Assembly (NCBI GenBank): GCA_000004985.1
Contig: GG738929.1
Length of the DNA: 64,000 bases
Source of the DNA: Naegleria gruberi
Taxonomy: Eukaryota
Reading direction: 5' to 3' (one strand)
Notes under the pieces: generated by a model
Seen by the model: only the letters and a program-made list of their open reading frames with translations
The model's database searches: none
Told to the model about the DNA's origin: nothing
Shown: piece by piece, positions 52,124 to 64,000 of the stretch
Layout of the letters: every line of letters begins with the position of its first letter
Numbering within the stretch: the first letter of the stretch is position 1
Position numbers and translations under genes: made by a program

Positions 52124-54570
52124 TTAATTAGTTCTAACTAATTGTACAGTTGTATCAGTTGTCATCCAAATATTCAATTCTTCAAAATGATTTAAACATC
52201 TTGTAATATCTTCTTGTCTAAAACCAACTAATTCAGATTGTAAACCAGCCATATCAATAATACCATTTGTAGATTGTTGTAATCTATTTCTAATAATATC
52301 ATAAACACCATACATTGGATCAGATCTTCTTTGACTTCTATCACTATCATCTAAAAGTGAAGATCTTGATTCTAAAATTAATCTTTCTGCTTCATTAACA
52401 TCACTAATTTCAATTTTAGATGAAAATCTTAATCTTGCTTTTGATTCAGCAAGTCTATAAATTGATAAAATAGTTCTAGGTGTTGTATACATTTGAATCT
52501 TATCACTCACTTTAGAATTACGTTCATCATTTTGACGCATTGTAATATAAATTTCCTTAATCTTATTAGAGGCTGTATTGGCTCCAAATCCTTCTTGTGC
52601 TGATAAATAAGGTTCAAATGTTTTAGCTCTAGTTACAACTGCTCTAATATATTCAGGTGAAAATAATTTATTCTTCTTCATCTTCTTCATTTGAATTACC
52701 AGTAGTAGTAGTATTATTTGAATTGTTAGTATTTGAATTATTAGATGGTATTTGTGAAAATTGATGTACAAAAGTAATATGTCTTGCTAAATTCATATCC
52801 AATTCATTATTTTGTTTATCCAAAAGTAAAAACATCAAATCAAAACGTGACATTAGAGCAGGTGGTAAATTAATATTTTCAGAAACAGATCTTCTAGTAT
52901 TCCAACGACCATATGCAGGATTAGCAGCAGCTAATACACATGTACGTGCATTTAAAGTAGTTGTAATACCTGCTTTAGCAATTGAAACAGATTGTTGTTC
53001 CATAACTTCATGTAGTGCAGTTCTATCATATTCTTCCATTTTATCAAATTCATCAATACAACAAATACCATTATCTGCTAATACTAATGCACCTCCTTCT
53101 AGAATTAATTCATTTGTAAGTGGATCTTTAATAACAGCTGCAGTTAAACCAACTCCACTTGATCCTTTACCAGTTGTATAAATACCACGTGGTGATATAT
53201 GTGAAATGAAACGTAATAATTGAGATTTTGCAACACCTGGATCACCCATTAAAATTACATTTAAATCTCCTCTAATTTTTAATCCTCTAGTTTCACGTGT
53301 TTGTGCTCCAATTAACATTAATAAAAGTGCTTTTTTAACATTGGCATGTCCATATATTTCAGGTGCTATTGATTTTGATAATTTATCATACCATTGATCA
53401 TGTCCCATCTTTCTAATATCTGAATCAATTTTAATCATTAGTGCTTGTTCTTGTTCACTCAATTCACTTAAATCTGTATATCTTCTCTTATGTTTTAAAA
53501 TTGAATGTGCTTCTAAATAGGTTGTTGCAACAGGTCCTCCTCCTGAATGATGATGATTATTTCTACCACCACCACTATTACCACTACTCACTTGATAAGG
53601 TAAAAATATACCAAAACAAGTAATTGAATCACCAGGTGTACATGTTCTAGTTAATTCACCTCTCATAACAACTCTCATAGTTCTAGGTATATGTCCAGTT
53701 GGTACTTCATCTGACATTTCCTGAATAACTAATTGTTGAAATTTAACAAAACATGATTCTCTTGTTTGTTGTAATAAATTTCCTTTACATTCTTTTTGTA
53801 CACATGTTTCAATTGGAATGAATGATGTTTGATTAATTGTTTGATAAATCATTCCAGAACATGTATCACATTTATAAGTTGCTACTTTCATTTCTGCTTT
53901 AACATCTGTTTGTTTTGTTACAATACCTCTAACTGTTACTAATTTACCAATATGTTTTCCTTTAATTAATCTTAATGGTATTGTACGTTGTTGATGTGTT
54001 TTAGGTTGAAATGTTAATTCATATTTTCTATTCAATTCACTTGGTATTCCATTATTAGAACTATTGGAATTATTATTATTATTGGAATGTTCATGATGAT
54101 CATGATGATTATCATTCATTCATTAAATCATCAAATTCATCATTTTCTAATTGAATTAATTGATCAATAACATTTTCAAATAATTTTTTATATCTCATTC
54201 CATTTTCTTGTATTTTAAACATTAAATCTTTAAAACCTCCAATTTGTAAATCATCAAATTGAATGGGAAATTTAATCTTTTCATCAGAATATTCTAATTG
54301 ATGTAATTTTAATTGATCTATTAACTTTTTATATGGAAAAATCATTTCACTCTCCTGTAATAATTCATTAAATTGTACTGATGTAAATTCTAATAGGAAT
54401 TTTTTAATGGTTTCCTTTTCTCGGATATAATCTGGCATGTGAATTGATGATTTTGTAGTGTTATTATTGTCAAGAGTATTATTATTACTTCCTCCTCTAT
54501 TGTTATTGTTGGAGGCATTACCACCACTACCACCTCTCTGTTGTTGTTGTTGTTGTGAGAGTGATAACAT
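52124..54570 (-). CDS. mcm7: MCM7 replicative helicase subunit, recovered as three ORFs with two frame discontinuities (near 54112..54119 and near 52668..52771)
   Basis: The N-terminus MPDYIREKETIKKFLLEF is present. The zinc-finger/OB segment is KCDTCSGMIYQ. Walker A GDPGVAKSQLL, Walker B CCIDEFDKM and the arginine finger SRFDLMF are present. The C-terminal winged-helix-like tail matches the MCM7 order and length. Confidence 0.8.
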
Positions 54571-54615
54571 TTTTTTTTTAAAAATGTTTTTTCAACTTCA
54601 ACGTTTTGATTTGTT

Positions 54616-54628
54616 TTTTGGCGGGAAA
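54616..54628. promoter_or_regulatory. Consensus E2F site TTTGGCGGGAAA about 45 bp upstream of the MCM7 start
   Basis: There is an exact TTTSGCGC core in an otherwise AT-rich promoter. MCM genes are canonical E2F targets. Confidence 0.5.
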
Positions 54629-54721
54629 TTGAACCATCACATCATTAACAAGACCACAGTTTAAAAAAGATGAAAACGTTTTAAAAATAAATTTATATTT
54701 TTATTATTATTATTATTATAA

Positions 54722-56897
54722 TTATTGATTTGGTACTAGTTCATATTTAATATTTTGTAATAATTTTCTATCATTATAATATTGTATTATATAAATTCCA
54801 AATAAAGCAATACTAACAATGACTAGAAATGAAAATAAAATGATTGATAAAACTAAAAGTGGATCTAATTTTTTACCACTTACAATAGTTTCAACAATTA
54901 AATTATAATTAGATTCAGTATCAACAGTATTTAATACAATTATAGTAAGTGAATGTGTTGAATTTCTATTTAAATTTGAAATTTGTAAAGTTTTTTCATT
55001 AACATCTTCCAAATCATAATAATTAAAAATATTTTTAAAATTATCATTAAAATTATTTGTAATATTTAAAAATGTTTCATTATTTGGTTGTAAATATAAA
55101 TGTAATTTTCCTAATTTGGAAGTTTTAGTTAAAATTAAACGAATATCAAATAAACCAATTGAATTATCAAATGGAATTAATAAATTATATAAATGATAAT
55201 TATTACCAAATATTAAATTATTATTATAAATAGCTTGTTTACCAAATGTAATATCATTTCTAATTATAGAACAATCATTTCCATAATAACCTAATTCACA
55301 TTCACATTTAGAATTAATTAAACATTTACCATGATTTGAACATTGATTTGGACATTTCATTGTATTTGTTTGATAATCAATTTTAAAATCATTACATTCA
55401 ATTGTTGATGTTTCACTTTCCATATTTGTATAATTACAAAATGATTTTTTATATAAAAATCTTGAAATCATTTCAAATGAAGCATATGGTACATCATGTG
55501 GTGATAAATGTCCACTTGAATATAAAATTACTTGTCTTAGATTTTCATATTTTTTAAATATTCCTAAAATTATATTATTATTATTATTAGTATTACCATT
55601 TATATTATTATTATTATTATTAGAAATAGAAGAAGAATAAAAAGGATAATGTGGTTCATAATTAAAATCTTGTTTACCATACCAATTCATTAATCTTAAA
55701 TATTCATTTGTACCATAAACAGAACATCTAATATCAAATTGACCATTTATAATTAAAATTCTATATTTAGATAATAATGGAATTAAATAATTAACATAAT
55801 CAACTTGAAAATCATTTTTAAAATCATTCCATAATTTAGAACTACATTGAGTATATAAATAATCATCCTTATTTAAATTTCCTAATAAAACATTTTTAAC
55901 ACTTTCCATATTTAAATAACTTTCTAATTTTGATAAAATACTATATGTACCAATTAATCTATAATCATAAATATTAATACCACCAGATGATTGTAATAAA
56001 TTATTTAATGCACTTGAACAATAAGTTGAATCTGCTTTTGAATACATTTTTTGTTCTATAAAATCATGACATGTTTTTTGTAATGAATTAATTTGAATTA
56101 AATTTTCATAATCAATTAATCCTACTATATATGATAATAATCCATAACTATTTTCTTGTATATCAGGTGATATCCATGCATTACCCATTATTATACCTTC
56201 TAATTTTATTATAAAATATTATTTTTATATAATTAAAATTAAATATTTTAAAAAAAAAATAAAATACATACTGATTTTGTAAATTTTTTTTATCATCATT
56301 ATATTCACTAATAAATTTAGCAAATGAAATGACATATTTACCACCATATGATTCACCATATAAATAAAGTGGTCTATTTTTAAATTCACTAAATTTAGAA
56401 TAAAAATCTAATAAAGCATTTAATAATTGTTCACCAACTTGAATAGCATTCATTCCATTATTATTATTTACTTCTATATATGGACTATATCCAGCACCAG
56501 TTGGATTATCTATAAATAGAACATTAAAATTTCTAGAATAGGAATTTAAATTATCAGTCAAAGTTTGATTTAAATTAAATTTAATTGGTCCAATTTCTAA
56601 AAAAGTAGAAATTAAACTTGAACAACCAGGTCCACCATTTAAAAATATTAATAATGGATTTGTATTTGTAATTGAATTTCCTTTTTCATCATGTTGATTT
56701 ATTAATAGAAAATATAATTGACCATATTTATTATTTAAAAATCCACTATTACCTTTTAAATTCAAATAATTTGTACCTTTATAGGAAGGTAAAGATGAAA
56801 ATGAAAATTCTTGACTTGAAATACATTTAATATTTGTTATTATTAAATTATTTAATAATATTATTAGTAATAATGTTATTAATTTTATATTTTTCAT
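54722..56897 (-). CDS. Serine carboxypeptidase (peptidase S10) with C-terminal EGF-like module and TM anchor, 2 exons: join(56897..56272, 56189..54722)
   Basis: There is a signal peptide. The S10 motifs are GGPGCSS and GESYGG (catalytic Ser). The His region is YSSGHLSPHDVP. The EGF-like module is CPNQCSNHGKCLINSKCECELGYYGNDC. The C-terminal TM is LLVLSIILFSFLVIVSIALFGIYII. The 82-nt intron (GTATGT...ATTAG) is phase-checked and joins ...KNLQNQ|GIIMGNAWISPD. Confidence 0.85.
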
Positions 56898-57344
56898 ATT
56901 TTGTAATTTGTTGATCGATTATTATTATATTGATATTTGTTTAAAAATGTTATTAAAGTTGATGTAATGATTCGGAATAGATTGTTGTATTGTATTTATT
57001 AAATGATGGTGTTGATGATAAAAATATGTTTAAACTACTATTATATACTACTATCACAATTGTATTAGAATACTACAATAAATAACAATATAGTATTTGA
57101 TAGCGGTGGTGGTGATGATGATTATTGTTATGAAATTTTTTATTGATAAAATTTTTTTATGGTTTGACATTTGATTAGAGACTATGAAAATGTTCGATTC
57201 AGACCATTATCTCTCTTTTTCAATATTTTTAATTATTATTATTTGAATAGAGTTTCTTGTCTATTATATCAATAATATTATGATAATTCCTTCTAATTAA
57301 TAATAATTTAATTATTATTATTCAATTAAAATAATTAAATTAAA

Positions 57345-58145
57345 TTATTTATATAAAGGAGGAGATAATAAACCATCTGTACTATGAAAATCATAAACAT
57401 GATCATTTTTAAAATGTCCTAATTTTTCAAAAGGTTTATCTGATTTACTATTAATAGTAATTTCTAAACCATTTTCATTTGCATTTGAATAAACAGTTCT
57501 AAATCTTTCTTCTAATTGTTGTAAAGGTACTTTTAATTTAGCACCTGTTCTTAAATTAGATCTATTAATAGGATCAATTCTTTCTATATAAATTTGACTT
57601 AATTTTTTAGGTGATTTTGTAAATAAATTTCTAGCCTTGATTGATGGAAATGTATGTGGTGGATCATTTGGATATGGAATATAATAATGTTCTATTTGTT
57701 TTTTAATATTATTATTATTATTATTGGAATTAGAATTATTAGAATTATTAGAATTATTACTGATGGTTTTTCTGTATTGTTCTACATCTGATGGTGGTAG
57801 AAAATAATGTGGTCTCTCTCCAAAATAAGGTGATGTTAATACTTTCCTTATTTGTTGTTGTTGTTGATTATTTACATTTGATGATGTTATTGATGATGAT
57901 GATAAATTATTATTATTATTATTATTGGATGATTGTAGTGATGGTATTGAATTAAATGTTATTGATTTTCTATTATTATTAATTGTTTGATAATATCGGA
58001 ATCCACCTGTTATAATACTAATAATAAATATTAATATTTGTGTCAGTGATGATGAAGATGATAACTTTCCAAATAATGACAATTCACTCATCTTTTGTTG
58101 TGATGACATTAAACTATTAAATAATTGATTCAATTTTTCAATCAT
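57345..58145 (-). CDS. Hypothetical N/S/Q-rich membrane protein
   Basis: It is a 266-aa ORF with one TM near the N-terminus (LTQILIFIISIITGGF), poly-N tracts and an unrecognised C-terminal domain. Confidence 0.35.
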   Translation of the reverse strand: MIEKLNQLFNSLMSSQQKMSELSLFGKLSSSSSLTQILIFIISIITGGFRYYQTINNNRKSITFNSIPSLQSSNNNNNNNLSSSSITSSNVNNQQQQQIRKVLTSPYFGERPHYFLPPSDVEQYRKTISNNSNNSNNSNSNNNNNNIKKQIEHYYIPYPNDPPHTFPSIKARNLFTKSPKKLSQIYIERIDPINRSNLRTGAKLKVPLQQLEERFRTVYSNANENGLEITINSKSDKPFEKLGHFKNDHVYDFHSTDGLLSPPLYK

Positions 58146-58198
58146 TTTTTTTAACTTGACTTTTTATTAATAATATAATAATACTTTTACATAATGTT

Positions 58199-58255
58199 TC
58201 AATCTTCATCATCATTACACTCATCATATCTCATTACCATCATCTTATTCTTCTT
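58199..58255 (-). other. 3-prime terminal fragment of a minus-strand gene whose body lies in the assembly gap
   Basis: The sequence ...KKNKMMVMRYDECNDDED then a stop abuts the N-run directly. Confidence 0.3.
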
Positions 58256-61200
58256 NNNNNNNNNNNNNNNNNNNNNNNNNNNNNNNNNNNNNNNNNNNNN
58301 NNNNNNNNNNNNNNNNNNNNNNNNNNNNNNNNNNNNNNNNNNNNNNNNNNNNNNNNNNNNNNNNNNNNNNNNNNNNNNNNNNNNNNNNNNNNNNNNNNNN
58401 NNNNNNNNNNNNNNNNNNNNNNNNNNNNNNNNNNNNNNNNNNNNNNNNNNNNNNNNNNNNNNNNNNNNNNNNNNNNNNNNNNNNNNNNNNNNNNNNNNNN
58501 NNNNNNNNNNNNNNNNNNNNNNNNNNNNNNNNNNNNNNNNNNNNNNNNNNNNNNNNNNNNNNNNNNNNNNNNNNNNNNNNNNNNNNNNNNNNNNNNNNNN
58601 NNNNNNNNNNNNNNNNNNNNNNNNNNNNNNNNNNNNNNNNNNNNNNNNNNNNNNNNNNNNNNNNNNNNNNNNNNNNNNNNNNNNNNNNNNNNNNNNNNNN
58701 NNNNNNNNNNNNNNNNNNNNNNNNNNNNNNNNNNNNNNNNNNNNNNNNNNNNNNNNNNNNNNNNNNNNNNNNNNNNNNNNNNNNNNNNNNNNNNNNNNNN
58801 NNNNNNNNNNNNNNNNNNNNNNNNNNNNNNNNNNNNNNNNNNNNNNNNNNNNNNNNNNNNNNNNNNNNNNNNNNNNNNNNNNNNNNNNNNNNNNNNNNNN
58901 NNNNNNNNNNNNNNNNNNNNNNNNNNNNNNNNNNNNNNNNNNNNNNNNNNNNNNNNNNNNNNNNNNNNNNNNNNNNNNNNNNNNNNNNNNNNNNNNNNNN
59001 NNNNNNNNNNNNNNNNNNNNNNNNNNNNNNNNNNNNNNNNNNNNNNNNNNNNNNNNNNNNNNNNNNNNNNNNNNNNNNNNNNNNNNNNNNNNNNNNNNNN
59101 NNNNNNNNNNNNNNNNNNNNNNNNNNNNNNNNNNNNNNNNNNNNNNNNNNNNNNNNNNNNNNNNNNNNNNNNNNNNNNNNNNNNNNNNNNNNNNNNNNNN
59201 NNNNNNNNNNNNNNNNNNNNNNNNNNNNNNNNNNNNNNNNNNNNNNNNNNNNNNNNNNNNNNNNNNNNNNNNNNNNNNNNNNNNNNNNNNNNNNNNNNNN
59301 NNNNNNNNNNNNNNNNNNNNNNNNNNNNNNNNNNNNNNNNNNNNNNNNNNNNNNNNNNNNNNNNNNNNNNNNNNNNNNNNNNNNNNNNNNNNNNNNNNNN
59401 NNNNNNNNNNNNNNNNNNNNNNNNNNNNNNNNNNNNNNNNNNNNNNNNNNNNNNNNNNNNNNNNNNNNNNNNNNNNNNNNNNNNNNNNNNNNNNNNNNNN
59501 NNNNNNNNNNNNNNNNNNNNNNNNNNNNNNNNNNNNNNNNNNNNNNNNNNNNNNNNNNNNNNNNNNNNNNNNNNNNNNNNNNNNNNNNNNNNNNNNNNNN
59601 NNNNNNNNNNNNNNNNNNNNNNNNNNNNNNNNNNNNNNNNNNNNNNNNNNNNNNNNNNNNNNNNNNNNNNNNNNNNNNNNNNNNNNNNNNNNNNNNNNNN
59701 NNNNNNNNNNNNNNNNNNNNNNNNNNNNNNNNNNNNNNNNNNNNNNNNNNNNNNNNNNNNNNNNNNNNNNNNNNNNNNNNNNNNNNNNNNNNNNNNNNNN
59801 NNNNNNNNNNNNNNNNNNNNNNNNNNNNNNNNNNNNNNNNNNNNNNNNNNNNNNNNNNNNNNNNNNNNNNNNNNNNNNNNNNNNNNNNNNNNNNNNNNNN
59901 NNNNNNNNNNNNNNNNNNNNNNNNNNNNNNNNNNNNNNNNNNNNNNNNNNNNNNNNNNNNNNNNNNNNNNNNNNNNNNNNNNNNNNNNNNNNNNNNNNNN
60001 NNNNNNNNNNNNNNNNNNNNNNNNNNNNNNNNNNNNNNNNNNNNNNNNNNNNNNNNNNNNNNNNNNNNNNNNNNNNNNNNNNNNNNNNNNNNNNNNNNNN
60101 NNNNNNNNNNNNNNNNNNNNNNNNNNNNNNNNNNNNNNNNNNNNNNNNNNNNNNNNNNNNNNNNNNNNNNNNNNNNNNNNNNNNNNNNNNNNNNNNNNNN
60201 NNNNNNNNNNNNNNNNNNNNNNNNNNNNNNNNNNNNNNNNNNNNNNNNNNNNNNNNNNNNNNNNNNNNNNNNNNNNNNNNNNNNNNNNNNNNNNNNNNNN
60301 NNNNNNNNNNNNNNNNNNNNNNNNNNNNNNNNNNNNNNNNNNNNNNNNNNNNNNNNNNNNNNNNNNNNNNNNNNNNNNNNNNNNNNNNNNNNNNNNNNNN
60401 NNNNNNNNNNNNNNNNNNNNNNNNNNNNNNNNNNNNNNNNNNNNNNNNNNNNNNNNNNNNNNNNNNNNNNNNNNNNNNNNNNNNNNNNNNNNNNNNNNNN
60501 NNNNNNNNNNNNNNNNNNNNNNNNNNNNNNNNNNNNNNNNNNNNNNNNNNNNNNNNNNNNNNNNNNNNNNNNNNNNNNNNNNNNNNNNNNNNNNNNNNNN
60601 NNNNNNNNNNNNNNNNNNNNNNNNNNNNNNNNNNNNNNNNNNNNNNNNNNNNNNNNNNNNNNNNNNNNNNNNNNNNNNNNNNNNNNNNNNNNNNNNNNNN
60701 NNNNNNNNNNNNNNNNNNNNNNNNNNNNNNNNNNNNNNNNNNNNNNNNNNNNNNNNNNNNNNNNNNNNNNNNNNNNNNNNNNNNNNNNNNNNNNNNNNNN
60801 NNNNNNNNNNNNNNNNNNNNNNNNNNNNNNNNNNNNNNNNNNNNNNNNNNNNNNNNNNNNNNNNNNNNNNNNNNNNNNNNNNNNNNNNNNNNNNNNNNNN
60901 NNNNNNNNNNNNNNNNNNNNNNNNNNNNNNNNNNNNNNNNNNNNNNNNNNNNNNNNNNNNNNNNNNNNNNNNNNNNNNNNNNNNNNNNNNNNNNNNNNNN
61001 NNNNNNNNNNNNNNNNNNNNNNNNNNNNNNNNNNNNNNNNNNNNNNNNNNNNNNNNNNNNNNNNNNNNNNNNNNNNNNNNNNNNNNNNNNNNNNNNNNNN
61101 NNNNNNNNNNNNNNNNNNNNNNNNNNNNNNNNNNNNNNNNNNNNNNNNNNNNNNNNNNNNNNNNNNNNNNNNNNNNNNNNNNNNNNNNNNNNNNNNNNNN

Positions 61201-63023
61201 NNNNNNNNNNNNNNNNNNNNNNNNNNNNNNNNNNNNNNNNNNNNNNNNNNNNNNNNNNNNNNNNNNNNNNNNNNNNNNNNNNNNNNNNNNNNNNNNNNNN
61301 NNNNNNNNNNNNNNNNNNNNNNNNNNNNNNNNNNNNNNNNNNNNNNNNNNNNNNNNNNNNNNNNNNNNNNNNNNNNNNNNNNNNNNNNNNNNNNNNNNNN
61401 NNNNNNNNNNNNNNNNNNNNNNNNNNNNNNNNNNNNNNNNNNNNNNNNNNNNNNNNNNNNNNNNNNNNNNNNNNNNNNNNNNNNNNNNNNNNNNNNNNNN
61501 NNNNNNNNNNNNNNNNNNNNNNNNNNNNNNNNNNNNNNNNNNNNNNNNNNNNNNNNNNNNNNNNNNNNNNNNNNNNNNNNNNNNNNNNNNNNNNNNNNNN
61601 NNNNNNNNNNNNNNNNNNNNNNNNNNNNNNNNNNNNNNNNNNNNNNNNNNNNNNNNNNNNNNNNNNNNNNNNNNNNNNNNNNNNNNNNNNNNNNNNNNNN
61701 NNNNNNNNNNNNNNNNNNNNNNNNNNNNNNNNNNNNNNNNNNNNNNNNNNNNNNNNNNNNNNNNNNNNNNNNNNNNNNNNNNNNNNNNNNNNNNNNNNNN
61801 NNNNNNNNNNNNNNNNNNNNNNNNNNNNNNNNNNNNNNNNNNNNNNNNNNNNNNNNNNNNNNNNNNNNNNNNNNNNNNNNNNNNNNNNNNNNNNNNNNNN
61901 NNNNNNNNNNNNNNNNNNNNNNNNNNNNNNNNNNNNNNNNNNNNNNNNNNNNNNNNNNNNNNNNNNNNNNNNNNNNNNNNNNNNNNNNNNNNNNNNNNNN
62001 NNNNNNNNNNNNNNNNNNNNNNNNNNNNNNNNNNNNNNNNNNNNNNNNNNNNNNNNNNNNNNNNNNNNNNNNNNNNNNNNNNNNNNNNNNNNNNNNNNNN
62101 NNNNNNNNNNNNNNNNNNNNNNNNNNNNNNNNNNNNNNNNNNNNNNNNNNNNNNNNNNNNNNNNNNNNNNNNNNNNNNNNNNNNNNNNNNNNNNNNNNNN
62201 NNNNNNNNNNNNNNNNNNNNNNNNNNNNNNNNNNNNNNNNNNNNNNNNNNNNNNNNNNNNNNNNNNNNNNNNNNNNNNNNNNNNNNNNNNNNNNNNNNNN
62301 NNNNNNNNNNNNNNNNNNNNNNNNNNNNNNNNNNNNNNNNNNNNNNNNNNNNNNNNNNNNNNNNNNNNNNNNNNNNNNNNNNNNNNNNNNNNNNNNNNNN
62401 NNNNNNNNNNNNNNNNNNNNNNNNNNNNNNNNNNNNNNNNNNNNNNNNNNNNNNNNNNNNNNNNNNNNNNNNNNNNNNNNNNNNNNNNNNNNNNNNNNNN
62501 NNNNNNNNNNNNNNNNNNNNNNNNNNNNNNNNNNNNNNNNNNNNNNNNNNNNNNNNNNNNNNNNNNNNNNNNNNNNNNNNNNNNNNNNNNNNNNNNNNNN
62601 NNNNNNNNNNNNNNNNNNNNNNNNNNNNNNNNNNNNNNNNNNNNNNNNNNNNNNNNNNNNNNNNNNNNNNNNNNNNNNNNNNNNNNNNNNNNNNNNNNNN
62701 NNNNNNNNNNNNNNNNNNNNNNNNNNNNNNNNNNNNNNNNNNNNNNNNNNNNNNNNNNNNNNNNNNNNNNNNNNNNNNNNNNNNNNNNNNNNNNNNNNNN
62801 NNNNNNNNNNNNNNNNNNNNNNNNNNNNNNNNNNNNNNNNNNNNNNNNNNNNNNNNNNNNNNNNNNNNNNNNNNNNNNNNNNNNNNNNNNNNNNNNNNNN
62901 NNNNNNNNNNNNNNNNNNNNNNNNNNNNNNNNNNNNNNNNNNNNNNNNNNNNNNNNNNNNNNNNNNNNNNNNNNNNNNNNNNNNNNNNNNNNNNNNNNNN
63001 NNNNNNNNNNNNNNNNNNNNNNN
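58256..63023. other. Assembly gap (4768 N)
   Basis: Run of n characters. The track ORFs 58199..63043, 58240..63030 and 58245..63062 are artefacts of translating N. Confidence 1.
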
Positions 63024-63047
63024 TTGCCAAAAATCAAAAGCAAGAAA

Positions 63048-64000
63048 ATGAATCAAAGACAAACGTTTAATATTCCTTCATCATCATCCAATAATAAATT
63101 CTCTCCTCCAACATTTTCATCATTGATGAATAATACTAAATCTATTCATACTAATGGATTAATACAAAATACATCATCATCAAATAGTTTATTTAATATT
63201 AGTAGTAATTCTAAATCATCTAACTCATCTAATAGTAATAATAATGCAGATGATGATTTTCCTGATTTAGAAATTGATGATGAATTATTTGAATTAATTT
63301 CTCAAGAAGATGATGATCATCAAAATGATAAACCATCATCATCACATTCATTATTGATAAATCAATCATCTAAAAGTAGTAGTACAACAACAATCAATAG
63401 CTCTTCTTCTATTAAAACACCTCCTATTTTCATTCCACCTTTTAAATCTTTATTAAATAATTCTAATACTATTACTCCTCCATCTAATAATAATAATAAT
63501 AATATAAATAGTAATAGAGTTATTCCAATATTTAATTCACCATCAAATCAACAACAACAACAATTTAATAATATTAAACAACAACAACCTCCTACAACAC
63601 CAACTAAAAATCAAACAATATTTAATTCTAATAGATTAACACCTCCTTCATCTTCTAATATTAATAATAGTAATTTATTTACACCTCCTATTTTTAATTC
63701 ACCTACATCTCCTCCAAAATCTATTCATAATAATAATAATAATAATAATATGAATTCAATTGTTAATAATAATAATAATAATACATCTACTAATAATGGA
63801 AAGTCTAAATTTTTTATTAATAAGAATGATACATCATCTATTAGTAATAATAATACAAATATAAATATATCAAATAATAATAATAATAAATTTATATCAC
63901 CTATTAATAATAATATAACAAATAATAATAAATTTATAATTCCAGATTTAAAAAGAGATTATATTCTGAAACTATTGATAATAATCAAAATAATAATAAT
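63048..64000 (+). CDS. Low-complexity Asn/Ser/Pro-rich protein, 5-prime partial in this window (continues past the end)
   Basis: The ATG at 63048 is followed by more than 317 codons with no stop to the window end. The sequence is poly-N/S with an acidic patch DDDFPDLEIDDELFELISQEDDDHQ and repeated TPP(I/S)F motifs. Confidence 0.4.
   Translation, partial: MNQRQTFNIPSSSSNNKFSPPTFSSLMNNTKSIHTNGLIQNTSSSNSLFNISSNSKSSNSSNSNNNADDDFPDLEIDDELFELISQEDDDHQNDKPSSSHSLLINQSSKSSSTTTINSSSSIKTPPIFIPPFKSLLNNSNTITPPSNNNNNNINSNRVIPIFNSPSNQQQQQFNNIKQQQPPTTPTKNQTIFNSNRLTPPSSSNINNSNLFTPPIFNSPTSPPKSIHNNNNNNNMNSIVNNNNNNTSTNNGKSKFFINKNDTSSISNNNTNINISNNNNNKFISPINNNITNNNKFIIPDLKRDYILKLLIIIKIII

Noticed and set aside
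52668-52771. A 58-nt GTAATT...TAG candidate intron within MCM7
   Set aside because: Splicing it would remove a segment (MKKMKKNKLFSPEYIR) that aligns to conserved MCM7 sequence. A 1-nt frameshift explains the data better, so I kept it only as an alternative.
58199-63062. Three very long minus-strand ORFs (about 1600 aa) in the track
   Set aside because: They consist of translated N characters across the assembly gap. Only the 57-bp tail at 58199..58255 is real sequence.

Overview
This is a eukaryotic, AT-rich, intron-containing locus that looks amoebozoan, most likely dictyostelid. It is not a prokaryotic window, so there are no operons or CRISPR arrays to report. Introns are short (47–92 nt, typically GTAAGT/GTATGT...AG), and N/Q/K-rich low-complexity coding is common. 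The ORF track uses alternative start codons (GTG/TTG), so several listed starts are not real ATGs; I corrected these where I could. Positions 1 to about 46,550 are moderately AT-rich (roughly 30–35% GC by eye). From about 46,600 to the end the sequence is extremely AT-rich (roughly 20% GC). Two assembly gaps of N are present, at 44674–44723 and 58256–63023. About 35 protein-coding genes can be supported. These include a hybrid histidine kinase, RRP7, Vps4, an FG-GAP membrane protein, an NRPS-like adenylation–carrier–reductase enzyme, an AlkD-like DNA alkylation repair protein, F-box/LRR and F-box proteins, a DUF4116-repeat protein, a piggyBac-transposase-derived gene with a Cys-rich CXC-like N-terminus, an actin-family fragment, an NHL-repeat/BTB gene with a decaying tandem repeat array, a 7TM-RGS receptor-like gene, coactosin, a kynurenine-formamidase-family cyclase, diphosphomevalonate decarboxylase, PEX19, a cytochrome bc1 core-2/MPP-like M16 protein, a PPR-like helical repeat protein, an NSUN-type RNA m5C methyltransferase, MCM7, and a membrane-anchored S10 serine carboxypeptidase with an EGF module. 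The most useful non-coding discovery is two dispersed, near-identical 5S rRNA genes on the minus strand (26726–26843 and 37727–37844), which I first noticed as a roughly 160-bp direct repeat whose antisense strand carries a spurious small ORF. Other items worth a second look are the candidate tiny intron or frameshift joining a signal-peptide domain to the 7TM-RGS gene, the frame discontinuities in MCM7 and NSUN, a 5-bp spacing between two same-strand genes, clustered AACGG (Myb-type) motifs, E2F sites, and the sharp base-composition break near 46.6 kb.
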